Assembly (NCBI RefSeq): GCF_000020025.1
Contig: NC_010628.1
Coordinates: 2,400,001-2,432,000, forward strand
DNA length: 32,000 nucleotides
DNA from: Nostoc punctiforme PCC 73102
GTDB lineage: Bacteria; Cyanobacteriota; Cyanobacteriia; Cyanobacteriales; Nostocaceae
Direction: 5' to 3'
The notes under the pieces are model-generated. The model ran no database searches. It was not told where the DNA came from and saw only the letters and a list, made by a program, of their open reading frames with translations. Positions within the stretch are counted from its first letter, which is position 1; every line of letters begins with the position of its first letter. A program made the translations under genes and the position numbers. Shown here one piece after another: positions 19,366 through 28,776 of the stretch.

Positions 19366-19386
19366 GCCTGCGCCGGGCTATGCCTA
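19366..19386 (+). repeat. Second 21-nt insertion (GCCTGCGCCGGGCTATGCCTA) splitting a HIP1 octamer
   Basis: 19361-19365 GCGAT and 19387-19389 CGC flank it. It matches the copy at 2810-2830 at 17 of 21 positions, in the same orientation. Confidence 0.8.
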
Positions 19387-19436
19387 CGCAGAAATCCTAC
19401 TAACCCAATTATAATGAAGCTTTGAAATAGGATAAC

Positions 19437-19730
19437 TTGCTAAAAAGAATCGACCACATTTACCTGTCAGTATCTAATTTTTCTCAATCTGAGGCATTCT
19501 ACGATTTGGTAATGCGAGAACTCGGACAATACAAAGGCGATAAAGTTATTTCTGAAGAACCACACGCTCATTACTTCGGCCCACAATTTCAGTTAACGAT
19601 TCGACCTGCAAGGTCAGCACAAAAACACGATCCCTATGCTCCTGGTTTGCATCATCTCTGCTTTCAGGTAGAAACAATGACTGACGTAGACTGGAGCAAA
19701 ACTAAAAGTGCCTCGCCCTCAAAGCCATAA
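19437..19730 (+). pseudogene. VOC (glyoxalase/bleomycin-resistance/dioxygenase) family protein, 3'-truncated; TTG start
   Basis: MLKRIDHIYLSVSNFSQSEAFY...GLHHLCFQVETMTDVD is VOC-like. The second half of the fold is missing after ~19690. Confidence 0.5.
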
Positions 19731-19789
19731 GCAAGACGAGAAATTGGTATCTGAATTTAAAAAAACTCGGAATTATTCTTAATTGGCAC

Positions 19790-20321
19790 TTGCCTACCTG
19801 GATTAGCGAAGCAATTATGTTGCTGACAATTGCAATCTGGCTCGTGTTGTTGCTGCTTTATGTGGGTAAATGGCTGTGGGCGAGAGCAGATGCCTTAGCT
19901 GAATTTGAGCATCCTGTTTTGTGTTGCTTTATCAGCTTAGTGCCTGTGTCTACGATGTTTGTGGCGCTAGCGATCGCACCCTACTCTCGTGCGATCGCCA
20001 TCACATTATTTGTTGTCGGTACAATTGGTCAGTTAAGCTTTGGCGTGTATCGTTCCGGTCAGCTATGGATGGGAGGACGTGTTACAAGGGCTGATTCTAC
20101 TGCGGCTGCTACCGTGGTTGTTTCAACAACCCTTTACAGCTACCTACTGGGCATTCACCCTCGGCATTGCCGCCTTGTCGCTGGCATCCTTGCGCCTTGT
20201 TGAACGCGGCATGACTGGAATGATGCAAGAATTGGCACTACTGCTATTCATGGGCGCAAATATTGCGATCGGCAGTATTGCTCTAGGGACAGTGCGGCTC
20301 TTGCTGCGGGCAAATTACTAA
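19790..20321 (+). pseudogene. TehA/TDT (tellurite-resistance/dicarboxylate transporter, SLAC1-like) family membrane protein remnant: 5'-truncated, internally deleted and frameshifted
   Basis: Two overlapping hydrophobic ORFs (19790..20203 and 20040..20321) have TDT-like helices (..EFEHPVLCCFISLVPVS.., ..TATYWAFTLGIAALSLASL..). The total length is far below the ~320 aa expected. Confidence 0.55.
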
Positions 20322-20443
20322 GCTAACGATCGTTCATTTTTCCAGAACATATTATTGGGAGTAGAACTTATGGCTGCAACAACTAAGCAAAATGACACTA
20401 AATCATTCGTTTACTCAACTCGAATTGATATTACTGTAGAAAT

Positions 20444-21397
20444 TTAATTATGCAAAAAATTATAGGCTTCATTGAGTTTGTTGGCTGATTCTTCTAATAA
20501 GCGTTGTTCAAGAGCATTTCTTGATAACAGCAGTTGGCGCTCAATACCTGTTGAGCCAATGATACATGGAAGTCCAAGAACAACTTCACTGCCAACTCCA
20601 TAGTTAGAATCTGCTCTAGTCGATACTGGAAATATCTGCTTTTCATCTCGCAGAATGGTATCAACTAACTGACAAACTACTGTTGATATGCCATAGCTAG
20701 TATATCCTTTGCGTTCAAAAATGTTATAGCCTCGTTTACGAGTTAACTGTGCGTACTCTTGCTGAATTTGTTCTAGCGTTGCTCCTTGTGGTATGGGAAA
20801 TTCAGTTAACAGAATTCCCCCAATAAATGCACTAGACCAAACCACAAATTGACTGTCTCCATGCTCTCCAATCACATAAGCATGAATGTCTTGTTTTGCA
20901 ACATTCAGTTGCTTTCCAAGTTGATATCTCAGTCTAGCAGTATCAAGAACAGTTCCCGAACCGAAAATTAGATTTTCTGCTCTGGTGGAAGTAGCCTGAG
21001 CAATCCGCGTGAGTACATCCACTGGATTGCTAATGATAATTACGATTGAATTTGGTGCAACTCGATCCAATTCTTTGATTGTCGAACGTATAATCTCTGC
21101 ATTGTCGCTCAATGTATCTAATCGGGTCTGTCCAAGTTTTGGCTGCACCCCAGCAGTCACAATAATAATAATATCTGAATCAGCTAAATCTTCATACTGA
21201 TTTGATGGTATGATTTCCATCTCTTTAAGTAGGGGAATGCTATCTTCGATATCCCATACTTGCCCTTCAGCTTTTGATAAGGTTCGGTCAAAAAGGACAA
21301 CCCTTACACATCTACCGAGTAAAACTAAAGCATTTGCAACGTCTGCACCTACATTACCTGCACCAATAATACCGACTTTAGATGTTTTACTAATCAT
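20444..21397 (-). CDS. LDH/MDH-superfamily 2-hydroxyacid dehydrogenase (L-lactate dehydrogenase-like)
   Basis: GIIGAGNVGAD Rossmann motif, LDTARLRY (Arg171 region), IGEHGDS (catalytic His). The substrate-specificity position before the conserved Lys is Pro (VQPKLGQTR). Confidence 0.9.
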   Translation of the reverse strand: MISKTSKVGIIGAGNVGADVANALVLLGRCVRVVLFDRTLSKAEGQVWDIEDSIPLLKEMEIIPSNQYEDLADSDIIIIVTAGVQPKLGQTRLDTLSDNAEIIRSTIKELDRVAPNSIVIIISNPVDVLTRIAQATSTRAENLIFGSGTVLDTARLRYQLGKQLNVAKQDIHAYVIGEHGDSQFVVWSSAFIGGILLTEFPIPQGATLEQIQQEYAQLTRKRGYNIFERKGYTSYGISTVVCQLVDTILRDEKQIFPVSTRADSNYGVGSEVVLGLPCIIGSTGIERQLLLSRNALEQRLLEESANKLNEAYNFLHN

Positions 21398-21469
21398 GCT
21401 ATGTCTACTTTTTTCAAGAGTGAAATGTCGTTCGTTTGGTAAGTCCTTGGGTCTGCAATTGCTGTCTCC

Positions 21470-22888
21470 TTACAACTTGGAAAACAATATATTTAACCCT
21501 TCGGTCATCGTGGGATGAGTCAAAATACCATCGCGCAGAATGGTGTAGGGCATCTGAGCTTGCATCACCATCTGCACTGTTGAAATCACTTCACCTGCTT
21601 CATGACACAACAGAGAACACCCTAGAATACGACCTGTCTCAGTATCCATGATCGCCTTCAGAAGTCCATCGGTTTGACCGAGTGTTCTTGCTCTGGGAAC
21701 GGCTGAGGCATCGATTTTCGCCACGCGGATAGCATATCCTTGTTGCTGTGCTTCAGTTTCAGTCAAACCCACATGAGCCAGTTCTGGAGCGATGAACAGA
21801 CACGATGGCACTAAGCGATCGCCTGTACTGCGATCGCCCCCATCAATTAAATTAGCTTTGATAATGCGATAATCATCGAGCGATATATGGGTGTATTGCG
21901 GGCCGCCGTTGATGTCGCCTAACGCCCAAATTCCCGGAATGTTCGTCTCTAAGCGATCGTTAACTTGAATAAATCCGCGTGTATCGGTTGCCACACCAGC
22001 AGCAGCTAAATTTAAGCTATCGGTATTGGGCGCACGACCAACAGCGACGAGCAAATGCGACCCCTGGAGGGTGATTTCACGATCGCCAACTTGGATTTGC
22101 AGGATGGTTTCATTACCAGTGCGATTCTCCAAAGGAGACGCTTTGCGAACAACCCTCAACACCTTTGCCTTCAGCAAGAATTCAATACCGTTTCGTTCCA
22201 GCAGTGTTTGAACTGCGATCGCTATATCTGGATCTTGCTGTGACAGGATTTGCTCACTTTGCCCAATGACAGTAACGCCACAGCCAAAGCGCCGAAACAT
22301 CTGGGCAAACTCTAAACCAATATAGCCACTACCGAGAACGATCAGGTGTTCAGGCAGGTATTCTAGCTCCATAATCGACTCACTCGTTAAAAACTCAACT
22401 TCTGTGAGTCCGGGAATGGATGGAATTAACGGTCGTGTGCCTGTATTAATAAATAAGCGTTCGGCGGTAAGTAAGCGATTTTTCCCCTCAGTCGTCGTTA
22501 CTTCAATTGTTTTGGGAGCAACAAACCTTGCTTCGCCAATAATCAAGTTTTTATCTAGAGCCGTTTCTAGATTGTGCAAGTTCATTTCACGCGCAGATTG
22601 CACAACCGCTCGTTTTCGTTGGATCACTTCTGCTAGATCAACGATGGGTGTATTAGCTTTAACACCATAAGCGGCACTGTTTCGCACTGTGTTTGCTACA
22701 TTAGCACTCGCCACCATAGTTTTAGTAGGAATGCAGGCAATATTAATGCACCCGCCACCAATCATGTTTAAGCTGCGTTCAACTAGAGCGGTTTTACGTC
22801 CGTCAGCAACCAGCGCTGGTGCCAGTGTTTTACCCGCCTTGCCGCCGCCGATAATAATATCATCATAATGTTGAGTGTCCACTTCCAT
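21470..22888 (-). CDS. Class-I pyridine nucleotide-disulfide oxidoreductase, RclA-like / 'mercuric reductase-like' without the MerA C-terminal Cys pair
   Basis: IIIGGGKAGKT, redox CxxxxC in GGGCINIACIPTK (cf. E. coli RclA GGTCINIGCIPTK from memory), C-terminal THPTMTEG dyad. There is no NmerA domain and no C-terminal CC. Confidence 0.85.
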   Translation of the reverse strand: MEVDTQHYDDIIIGGGKAGKTLAPALVADGRKTALVERSLNMIGGGCINIACIPTKTMVASANVANTVRNSAAYGVKANTPIVDLAEVIQRKRAVVQSAREMNLHNLETALDKNLIIGEARFVAPKTIEVTTTEGKNRLLTAERLFINTGTRPLIPSIPGLTEVEFLTSESIMELEYLPEHLIVLGSGYIGLEFAQMFRRFGCGVTVIGQSEQILSQQDPDIAIAVQTLLERNGIEFLLKAKVLRVVRKASPLENRTGNETILQIQVGDREITLQGSHLLVAVGRAPNTDSLNLAAAGVATDTRGFIQVNDRLETNIPGIWALGDINGGPQYTHISLDDYRIIKANLIDGGDRSTGDRLVPSCLFIAPELAHVGLTETEAQQQGYAIRVAKIDASAVPRARTLGQTDGLLKAIMDTETGRILGCSLLCHEAGEVISTVQMVMQAQMPYTILRDGILTHPTMTEGLNILFSKL

Positions 22889-22959
22889 ATCCTTTGGGTT
22901 TGATCGGGTGAATACGATTTCTAGAAGTTGTTATGAATTTTAGAAAAACTGGCTGACTA

Positions 22960-23353
22960 AGGGGTTTTAGCGATAACGTATTTGGCGAGCGTAACTCAAG
23001 ATGCTTGCCCTAGCTGATTTTCCAAAAAGTGCATAACACCCGTGCTTAGGATTCAACTTTTTCTACAAGCTTGCTTCATCAAGATCCGGTTGTTTTTATA
23101 CACCTCTAAAGTTCCAGACTGGGGGTTATCCAACGTACCATCATGAGAGAAGTTCTGGCTTTCGGGTTGCCAAACAGGAACAGCTGTGTAGGACACAGGC
23201 TTAGTCCGACTTTTTCGGCTTCAGCCTGTTGATCGATGCGGGCAAAAATGAAATGGTGATGCCTTTTACTTCAAGAATGGCTTCTAATCGATCAATGGTT
23301 ACAGGCACTGAATATTGACTGAGCTGGCTAATGATGCCGTTGTTCGCATTCAT
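22960..23353 (-). pseudogene. DUF302-domain protein, decayed by frameshifts
   Basis: MNANNGIISQLSQYSVPVTIDRLEAILEVKGITI then, in shifted frames, ..ARIDQQAEAEKVGLSLCPTQLFLFGNPKA... This matches the DUF302 pattern I remember. There are several frame breaks. Confidence 0.55.
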
Positions 23354-23405
23354 AGCAGTGGACTTCTTGTAGGATAAAAACTGGGTGATATGGCCGTTGG
23401 GCTTT

Positions 23406-23885
23406 TCAAAGATTGAGGTCTGACAATCCGGGGTGATCGTCAGGACGACGACCTAGTATCCAGTGGTATTTGCGTTCGCTTTGGTGAATTGGCAGGTCGT
23501 TGATACTGGCAATACGCCATCGCATGAATCCATGTTCGTCAAACTCCCAATTCTCATTGCCGTAAGAGCGAAACCAGTTGCCGGAATCATCATGCCATTC
23601 GTAAGCAAATCGGACAGCAATGCGGTTGTCTTGAAAAGCCCAAAGCTCTTTTATCAGACGGTAGTCCAATTCTTTAAGCCACTTACGTGTCAAGAATTGT
23701 GCGATCGCCTCACGACCAGATAGAAATTCTGAGCGGTTGCGCCAAATGCTATCCGACGTGTAAGCGAGTGATACTAGTTCAGGGTTATGTGTGTTCCAAG
23801 CATCCTCTGCAATTCGGACTTTTTGGATAGCGGATTCATTATCAAAAGGCGGCAGGGGTAGTCGAGAATTTTCAGGGTTGTTCAT
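23406..23885 (-). CDS. DUF1348 / NTF2-like family protein
   Basis: From [36 protein letters not shown]...[33 protein letters not shown]. The ORF-track start at 23987 is probably too far upstream. Confidence 0.8.
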   Translation of the reverse strand: MNNPENSRLPLPPFDNESAIQKVRIAEDAWNTHNPELVSLAYTSDSIWRNRSEFLSGREAIAQFLTRKWLKELDYRLIKELWAFQDNRIAVRFAYEWHDDSGNWFRSYGNENWEFDEHGFMRWRIASINDLPIHQSERKYHWILGRRPDDHPGLSDLNL

Positions 23886-24149
23886 AGTATGTAAGCGGTA
23901 AAATCGCGATTCTCGTTCCGAGAGGCAACTCTTGAAGACGCTTTGCGTAGCTTGCTTCCACGGAGTGGTACGCCAACGTCTCAGCATGGTTGGATTAAAA
24001 TTACAGCAGATTTAAAGTTGGTGGAGTACACAAACTAAGTCCCAAAGCCAGGTATGAACCCTGTTTTACTTCTGGATTCTGAATTCTGCTGTAAGTGCGT
24101 GCCGACCGAATTACCTCAAAAGCAGTTTAATACAGATCAATGACTACCA

Positions 24150-24217
24150 CTCGCGATGTGCAGCGTTTCCCCAGATGCCCCCGTCACAACTGCAATTTTT
24201 CCCTCTAGTTTTTTCAT
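24150..24217 (-). pseudogene. SDR-family N-terminal stub ([17 protein letters not shown]...)
   Basis: Paralogous to the start of the SDR at 29526 ([17 protein letters not shown]). It loses similarity after ~15 codons. Confidence 0.4.
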
Positions 24218-24495
24218 GATGATTTCTTAGGAGCAACCGCACAGGCGGCACTGCCACCCGCTATGAATGAAAGAAACTATTTTGAGGCGACTAATCAACA
24301 GGTATATTAATAATTATCCTGACAGTTAAAACCGAACCCACAATAGTGTGTTGAGCCTGATTAGGAGCATGGTTCTGGGGCATTATGCCTATGACATTGG
24401 TGAAGGATAAAGTTTCCTATCCCGTTTGAAAGATTATCTATGAGTACATCCCTTTCGTCAGGACTATCCATAATAACTACAACAGGGTTGCAGCA

Positions 24496-25912
24496 ATGAA
24501 ATTGCCAGCAAATCAAGAGAAGAACCAGCCTGTACCTGTGGTAAAACCTTCATCCACTTTAGAAGAAATTAACCAGAACGCAGCCGGAATAGACCTTGGT
24601 AGTGGAGAACATTGGGTTTGTGTCCCTCCTGATAGGGCAGATAAAAATGTTCGCCGATTTGGGTGTTTTACCCCTGATTTAATTGCAATGGCCGATTGGT
24701 TAAAGGAATGCCGAATAAATACCGTGGCAATGGAAGCCACAGGAGTTTATTGGATTCCAGTGTTTCAGGTATTAGAAGCCAAGGGTTTTGAGGTCAAATT
24801 AGTCAATGCTCATCACGTTAAAACAGTCCCTGGGCGCAAAACAGATGTGTTAGATTGCCAGTGGTTACAAAAGTTACATACATATGGACTACTGTCTGGT
24901 TCTTTTCGCCCAGAAGACCAAGTTTGTGTGCTACGCAGTTATATTCGTCAACGAGATACCTTAATCAAGAGTGCTAGTGCCCATATACAACGGATGCAAA
25001 AGGCACTCATCCAGATGAATTTACATCTCCACAAAGTCATCAGCGATGTGACTGGTTTGACCGGAATGAAGATTATAAAAGCAATCGTTGCTGGTGAACA
25101 AGACCCACAAGTTTTAGCATCCCTCAAAGACCCACATATTAAAAGCAGCACAGCAGATATTGCTGCATCTTTAACTGGTGATTACCGTCGTGAACATTTA
25201 TTTGTCCTCCAGCAAGAATTAACACTGTATGAGATTTATCAACAACAGATTATTGCTGTTGACGCTGAAATTGAAAAATGTTTAGCATATGCATGAACCT
25301 AAAACTTTAGATGAACCGCCAACAACAGGAAGAAAATGCAGAAAAAAACCGACTGCAAATCACCCCGATTTTGATTTGCATAAATATCTTTTTCGGATGG
25401 CAGGAGTAGATTTTACACTGATTGATGGTCTTGATGCTTTAACTGTTCAGACTATTTTATCTGAGGTGGGATTAAACCCGAAACGTTTTCCCAGCGTTAA
25501 ACACTTCACCTCTTGGTTGGGTTTATGTCCTGGTCAAAAAGTGACTGGCGGTAAGGTCAAAAGCTCTCAAACTCGTACTGTTGTCAATCGTGCTGCAAAT
25601 GCTTTTCGCATAACGGCTTTTTCTCTGACTCACAGCCGTTCTGCTCTAGGTGCATTTTATCGTCGGTTACGTTCTCGCTTGGGCGCACCCAAAGCAATAA
25701 CTGCTACTGCACACAACCTGGCTCGTTTGTTCTACCAAATTTGGACAACTGCTGGACGATATTCTGATCCTGGTATGGAATACTATGAGCAAAAATACCA
25801 GGATTTGATCCTCAAAAATCTCCAGAAGAAAGCGCAAGCTTTTGGTCTTCAACTTGTCCCCAAATCCCAAGATAAGGAGGAAGCTTCATTTTATCAAACC
25901 CTTTCTATATAA
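24496..25912 (+). mobile_element. IS110-family transposase gene, split by one frameshift near 25285-25295; element ends not definable (family lacks clear IRs)
   Basis: ORF 24496..25296 carries the DEDD-type N-terminal domain (AGIDLGSGEHWVCV..VAMEATGVYW). ORF 25289..25912 carries the C-terminal domain (..VDFTLIDGLDALTVQTILSEVG..FPSVKHFTSWLGLCPG). Confidence 0.85.
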
Positions 25913-25915
25913 GCT

Positions 25916-26314
25916 TTACGTCAAGTGTTTCTTGAAAGAGGGCAGCGTGAACTCTACAGTTTCGCTAGTGATTACTTTGTGCGTGGGGTCAGCTAGTTCG
26001 ATCAGCACCTTGTGTACGCCAGGTTCTAGTCCGACCAAGATGATCGTTTCCCCACTGGAATCTACAAAGTGCCACGGCGCGTCGTCAACGGTGATGTGGA
26101 TATGACCGATGCGCGGCGATACTTCGAGGGCACCTTTGCCAAACACTGGCAACACACGCAAATTCTCCGTCCGGTACTGGATGAAGACGCGACCCTGTGC
26201 TAGCGGTTCGGGAAGCGGTGGATCGACAATCAGCTTGGGTGGTGCTTCGTTTTCAATCGCAATCAACGGTGATGATCCGATAATGTCCCTAGCGCTCGGT
26301 GTGTGGCTGTTCAT
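25916..26314 (-). CDS. DUF6130-like protein (132 aa)
   Basis: ..RVLPVFGKGALEVSPRIGHIHITVDDAPWHFVDSSGETIILVGLEPGVHKVLIELADPTHKV.. resembles DUF6130 as I recall it. Its stop abuts the IS110 ORF stop (25912 / 25916). Confidence 0.6.
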   Translation of the reverse strand: MNSHTPSARDIIGSSPLIAIENEAPPKLIVDPPLPEPLAQGRVFIQYRTENLRVLPVFGKGALEVSPRIGHIHITVDDAPWHFVDSSGETIILVGLEPGVHKVLIELADPTHKVITSETVEFTLPSFKKHLT

Positions 26315-26352
26315 AGCAGGTAATTACCTGAGAGTAGTTTGTATTACGATCA

Positions 26353-26451
26353 AATGGCACTCAGATAAGCCGAAAGTCTTGTTTCACCTCGTTCCCAGTC
26401 TGGAGGCTTGTTCCAGTCACGGCAAGGGCTGTGTCTTAACTTAGTGCCATT
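26353..26451. mobile_element. Complete 99-bp MITE-like element with 12-nt terminal inverted repeats AATGGCACTCAG / CTTAGTGCCATT
   Basis: The arms at 26353-26364 and 26440-26451 are complementary at 11 of 12 positions. The left end recurs at 4991 and the right 31 nt recurs at 29646. Confidence 0.6.
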
Positions 26452-26837
26452 CGGTACTCAGTCCATGTCACTCGCCCAATGCGATCGATCACTGCGTAGG
26501 CTTCTGCACCGTGCCGCGCTTCATACCAGGCTTGAAAGGATAATTCTGGGATGCCTAGTTCTGGACCAGGCACATTTTTCGGCGTGCGGAGCTTTTCCAT
26601 CCGCGCTCGCGTCAGCCACACGCCTGCATGAGCCTCGTCATCGGCTGCATCGATCGCCGTCACGCGACCAATCCCAGCACGCCGTAGCGCAAATGCAAAG
26701 GTGCTACCACTGCCGCTGCCACCTATTATAGTGAAATTGCGATCGATGCCAGGGCGATCGGGCACCCAGTTTTCGGGATCGGAACCGAGCAGGCGTAGTG
26801 CCTCGCAGGCAGTAAAATCGGAATTGCTTGTTGTCAT
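26436..26837 (-). pseudogene. FAD/NAD(P)-binding oxidoreductase (flavin monooxygenase-like), 5' third only
   Basis: MTTSNSDF...FTIIGGSGSGSTFAFALRRAGIG (GxGxxG)...LRTPKNVPGPELGIPELSFQAWYEARHG..RIGRVTWTEY. The reading frame then runs into the MITE-like repeat and stops (RMALS*). Confidence 0.65.
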
Positions 26838-26947
26838 GTTGATCTCTTCATATCTCGTCGCGATGGATGGAAGAATCGGAATAGCAGACAATTAAGCTGT
26901 TAAGCTAACGCGCCTACATATTGCACTATTTTCCGTGTAGAGCGTGA

Positions 26948-26999
26948 TTAGTCATCAGTCATTAGTGTTAAGGACAAAGGACAACTGACAAAGAACAAC
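26948..26999. repeat. STRR-like tandem heptamers (CAGTCAT x2; GACAAAG/GACAACT/GACAAAG)
   Basis: Read directly. Short tandemly repeated heptamers are characteristic of heterocyst-forming cyanobacteria. Confidence 0.5.
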
Positions 27000-27043
27000 C
27001 TCACCAGTTGATATGCAATCTTATTTGCGTAACAGCTTAGTAG

Positions 27044-27178
27044 GTTTTTGTTCGTGGGTTTGGATTCGCTAGAGCGTGTTATGAACAACTGCCAGAAGCT
27101 AGAAAAGGGTTCGTGTTGCTACCACGTCGTTGGGTAGTAGAGCGCAGTTTTGCATGGACGGCTCAGTTTCGCCGTTTA
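27044..27178 (+). pseudogene. IS5/IS4-type transposase, C-terminal remnant
   Basis: ..[27 protein letters not shown] matches the conserved ..LP(K/R)RWVVERTFAW..RRL.KDYE tail. It is cut where the hydrolase gene ends. Confidence 0.5.
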
Positions 27179-27179
27179 G

Positions 27180-28049
27180 TTAGACAGGGATGGATTGCAG
27201 TCGTGATGTGAGAAATTGATCGATATAGTTTGCGATCGCATCCCCATCCTCTTCCAGGGCAAAATGTCCGGTATCGAGTAGATGGAACTCAACGTCTTTC
27301 AAGTCACGCTGGTAGGGATAAGCACCGTCAGCAGGAAAGATGTAGTCGTTCTTGCCCCAAACAATCAGGGTCGGAGGTTGATAGTTGCGGAAATACTCTT
27401 GCCATTGGGGATATAATAGTGGATTAGTACCATAGCTATACAGCAGCGCCAGCTGAATCTCATCGTTTCCTGGGCGATCGAGGAAATGTTGATCCATAGT
27501 CCAAGTATCGGGGCTGATCGCTTCTAGATTGCGAACACCGTTGGTATATTGCCACTTCGTCGCTTCCAGGGTGACAAGATATTTGAGCTTTTCAGCATTC
27601 TCAGGCGATCGCTCTTGCCAGTATGCCTTAATCGGCTCCCAAAATTCGCGTAGACCTTCCTCGTAAGCATTGCCATTTTGAACAATTAGAGATTGCACGC
27701 GCTCTGGATATTTAGCGGCAATTCGATAGCCAATGGGTGCACCATAATCCATCACATAAAGGCTGTACTTTTTGAGAGCGATCGCAGCAATGAATTTTTC
27801 TACAATCTCAGCCAAATTATCAAACGTGTAATCAAATTCATTTACAGTTGGCATTGAACTGTTGCCGTAGCCAGGATAATCAGGTGCAACGAGATGGAAT
27901 TTATCAGCGAGGGCAGGTATGAGATTGCGGAACATGTGAGAGGAAGTTGGAAAGCCGTGCAATAGCAGAATCGTCGGATTATTACGAGAACCAGCTTCAC
28001 GATAGAAAATGTCTAAACCATCGATCGAAACTGTGCGATATGTAGTCAT
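27180..28049 (-). CDS. Alpha/beta-fold hydrolase, Asp-nucleophile subclass (epoxide hydrolase / haloalkane dehalogenase-like)
   Basis: [50 protein letters not shown] nucleophile elbow. AAGGAG lies 7 nt before the ATG at 28049. Confidence 0.9.
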   Translation of the reverse strand: MTTYRTVSIDGLDIFYREAGSRNNPTILLLHGFPTSSHMFRNLIPALADKFHLVAPDYPGYGNSSMPTVNEFDYTFDNLAEIVEKFIAAIALKKYSLYVMDYGAPIGYRIAAKYPERVQSLIVQNGNAYEEGLREFWEPIKAYWQERSPENAEKLKYLVTLEATKWQYTNGVRNLEAISPDTWTMDQHFLDRPGNDEIQLALLYSYGTNPLLYPQWQEYFRNYQPPTLIVWGKNDYIFPADGAYPYQRDLKDVEFHLLDTGHFALEEDGDAIANYIDQFLTSRLQSIPV

Positions 28050-28106
28050 GGGATTACTCCTTGTAAGCGATAAAAGTGACATGATGGCGTTTTACGACAG
28101 GTCGAT

Positions 28107-28757
28107 CTATCTCACATCCTGACGACGGATCTGCTCCTGAAAGTAGTCCCGCCAGCTTTCAGGCAAGGCTTCAAGTTGAGCAGCACGATGCAGTAACTCT
28201 GGATTGTTTCGCTCACGCACATAAAGCTGAGTGATATCAGCAACAGTAATATTGTTGGTATCTCGACTCATCAACTCTAAAGTGTCTCCGACTCCAACTT
28301 CGCCCTCTTGCAAAACCCGAAAGTAAAATCCGGTGCGACGACTGGCGAGAAATCGTTTCACCATATCCGATCGCTCAAAGCGAATCCCTAGTTTGTAGCA
28401 GGGTAAGCGCGGTTGAGTCACCATTAGTTCAGCACTGCCGATTTTGAAGCGATCGCCAATGTTAATTTCCTCTTCTTGAAATCCTGTAACTGTGAAATTT
28501 TCACCAAAGATACCAAGTGTGAACTCTGTGTCAGGCAATTCATCTCGCCAGTAATCGTAATGCTCAAAAGGATAGACATAAACTGCTTTGTCTAAACCAC
28601 CATGAACCGTTAGATCAGCCTGTGCATCGCCATCTAAATTGAGTTCACGCACCATCACTCTCGCATTAACTGGCTCTTTGAAAATTCCAGTGCGGACGGG
28701 TTTTCCTTTCCAAGTCACTTCACGCGGCAGTCCGACATTAACAGAGATAAGCTTCAT
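28107..28757 (-). CDS. MOSC-domain protein (YiiM-like)
   Basis: MKLISVNVGLPREVTWKGKPVRTGIFKEPV..., PCYKLGIRF. AAGGAG lies before the ATG at 28757. The ORF-track start at 28814 is probably too far upstream. Confidence 0.85.
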   Translation of the reverse strand: MKLISVNVGLPREVTWKGKPVRTGIFKEPVNARVMVRELNLDGDAQADLTVHGGLDKAVYVYPFEHYDYWRDELPDTEFTLGIFGENFTVTGFQEEEINIGDRFKIGSAELMVTQPRLPCYKLGIRFERSDMVKRFLASRRTGFYFRVLQEGEVGVGDTLELMSRDTNNITVADITQLYVRERNNPELLHRAAQLEALPESWRDYFQEQIRRQDVR

Positions 28758-28776
28758 CTTTAACTCCTTTTGGACT

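Noticed and set aside
20370-20447. 25-codon ORF MAATTKQNDTKSFVYSTRIDITVEI*, resembling a Dps/ferritin-like N-terminus.
   Set aside because: It is too short to support as a feature, and the similarity comes from memory of a short motif only. It is mentioned in the gene-stub finding.
26440-26460. TGGCAC inside the repeat terminus as a sigma-54 (-24/-12) promoter.
   Set aside because: There is no TTGC at the required spacing, and cyanobacteria are not known to use sigma-54. The motif is better explained as the MITE-like terminal repeat.
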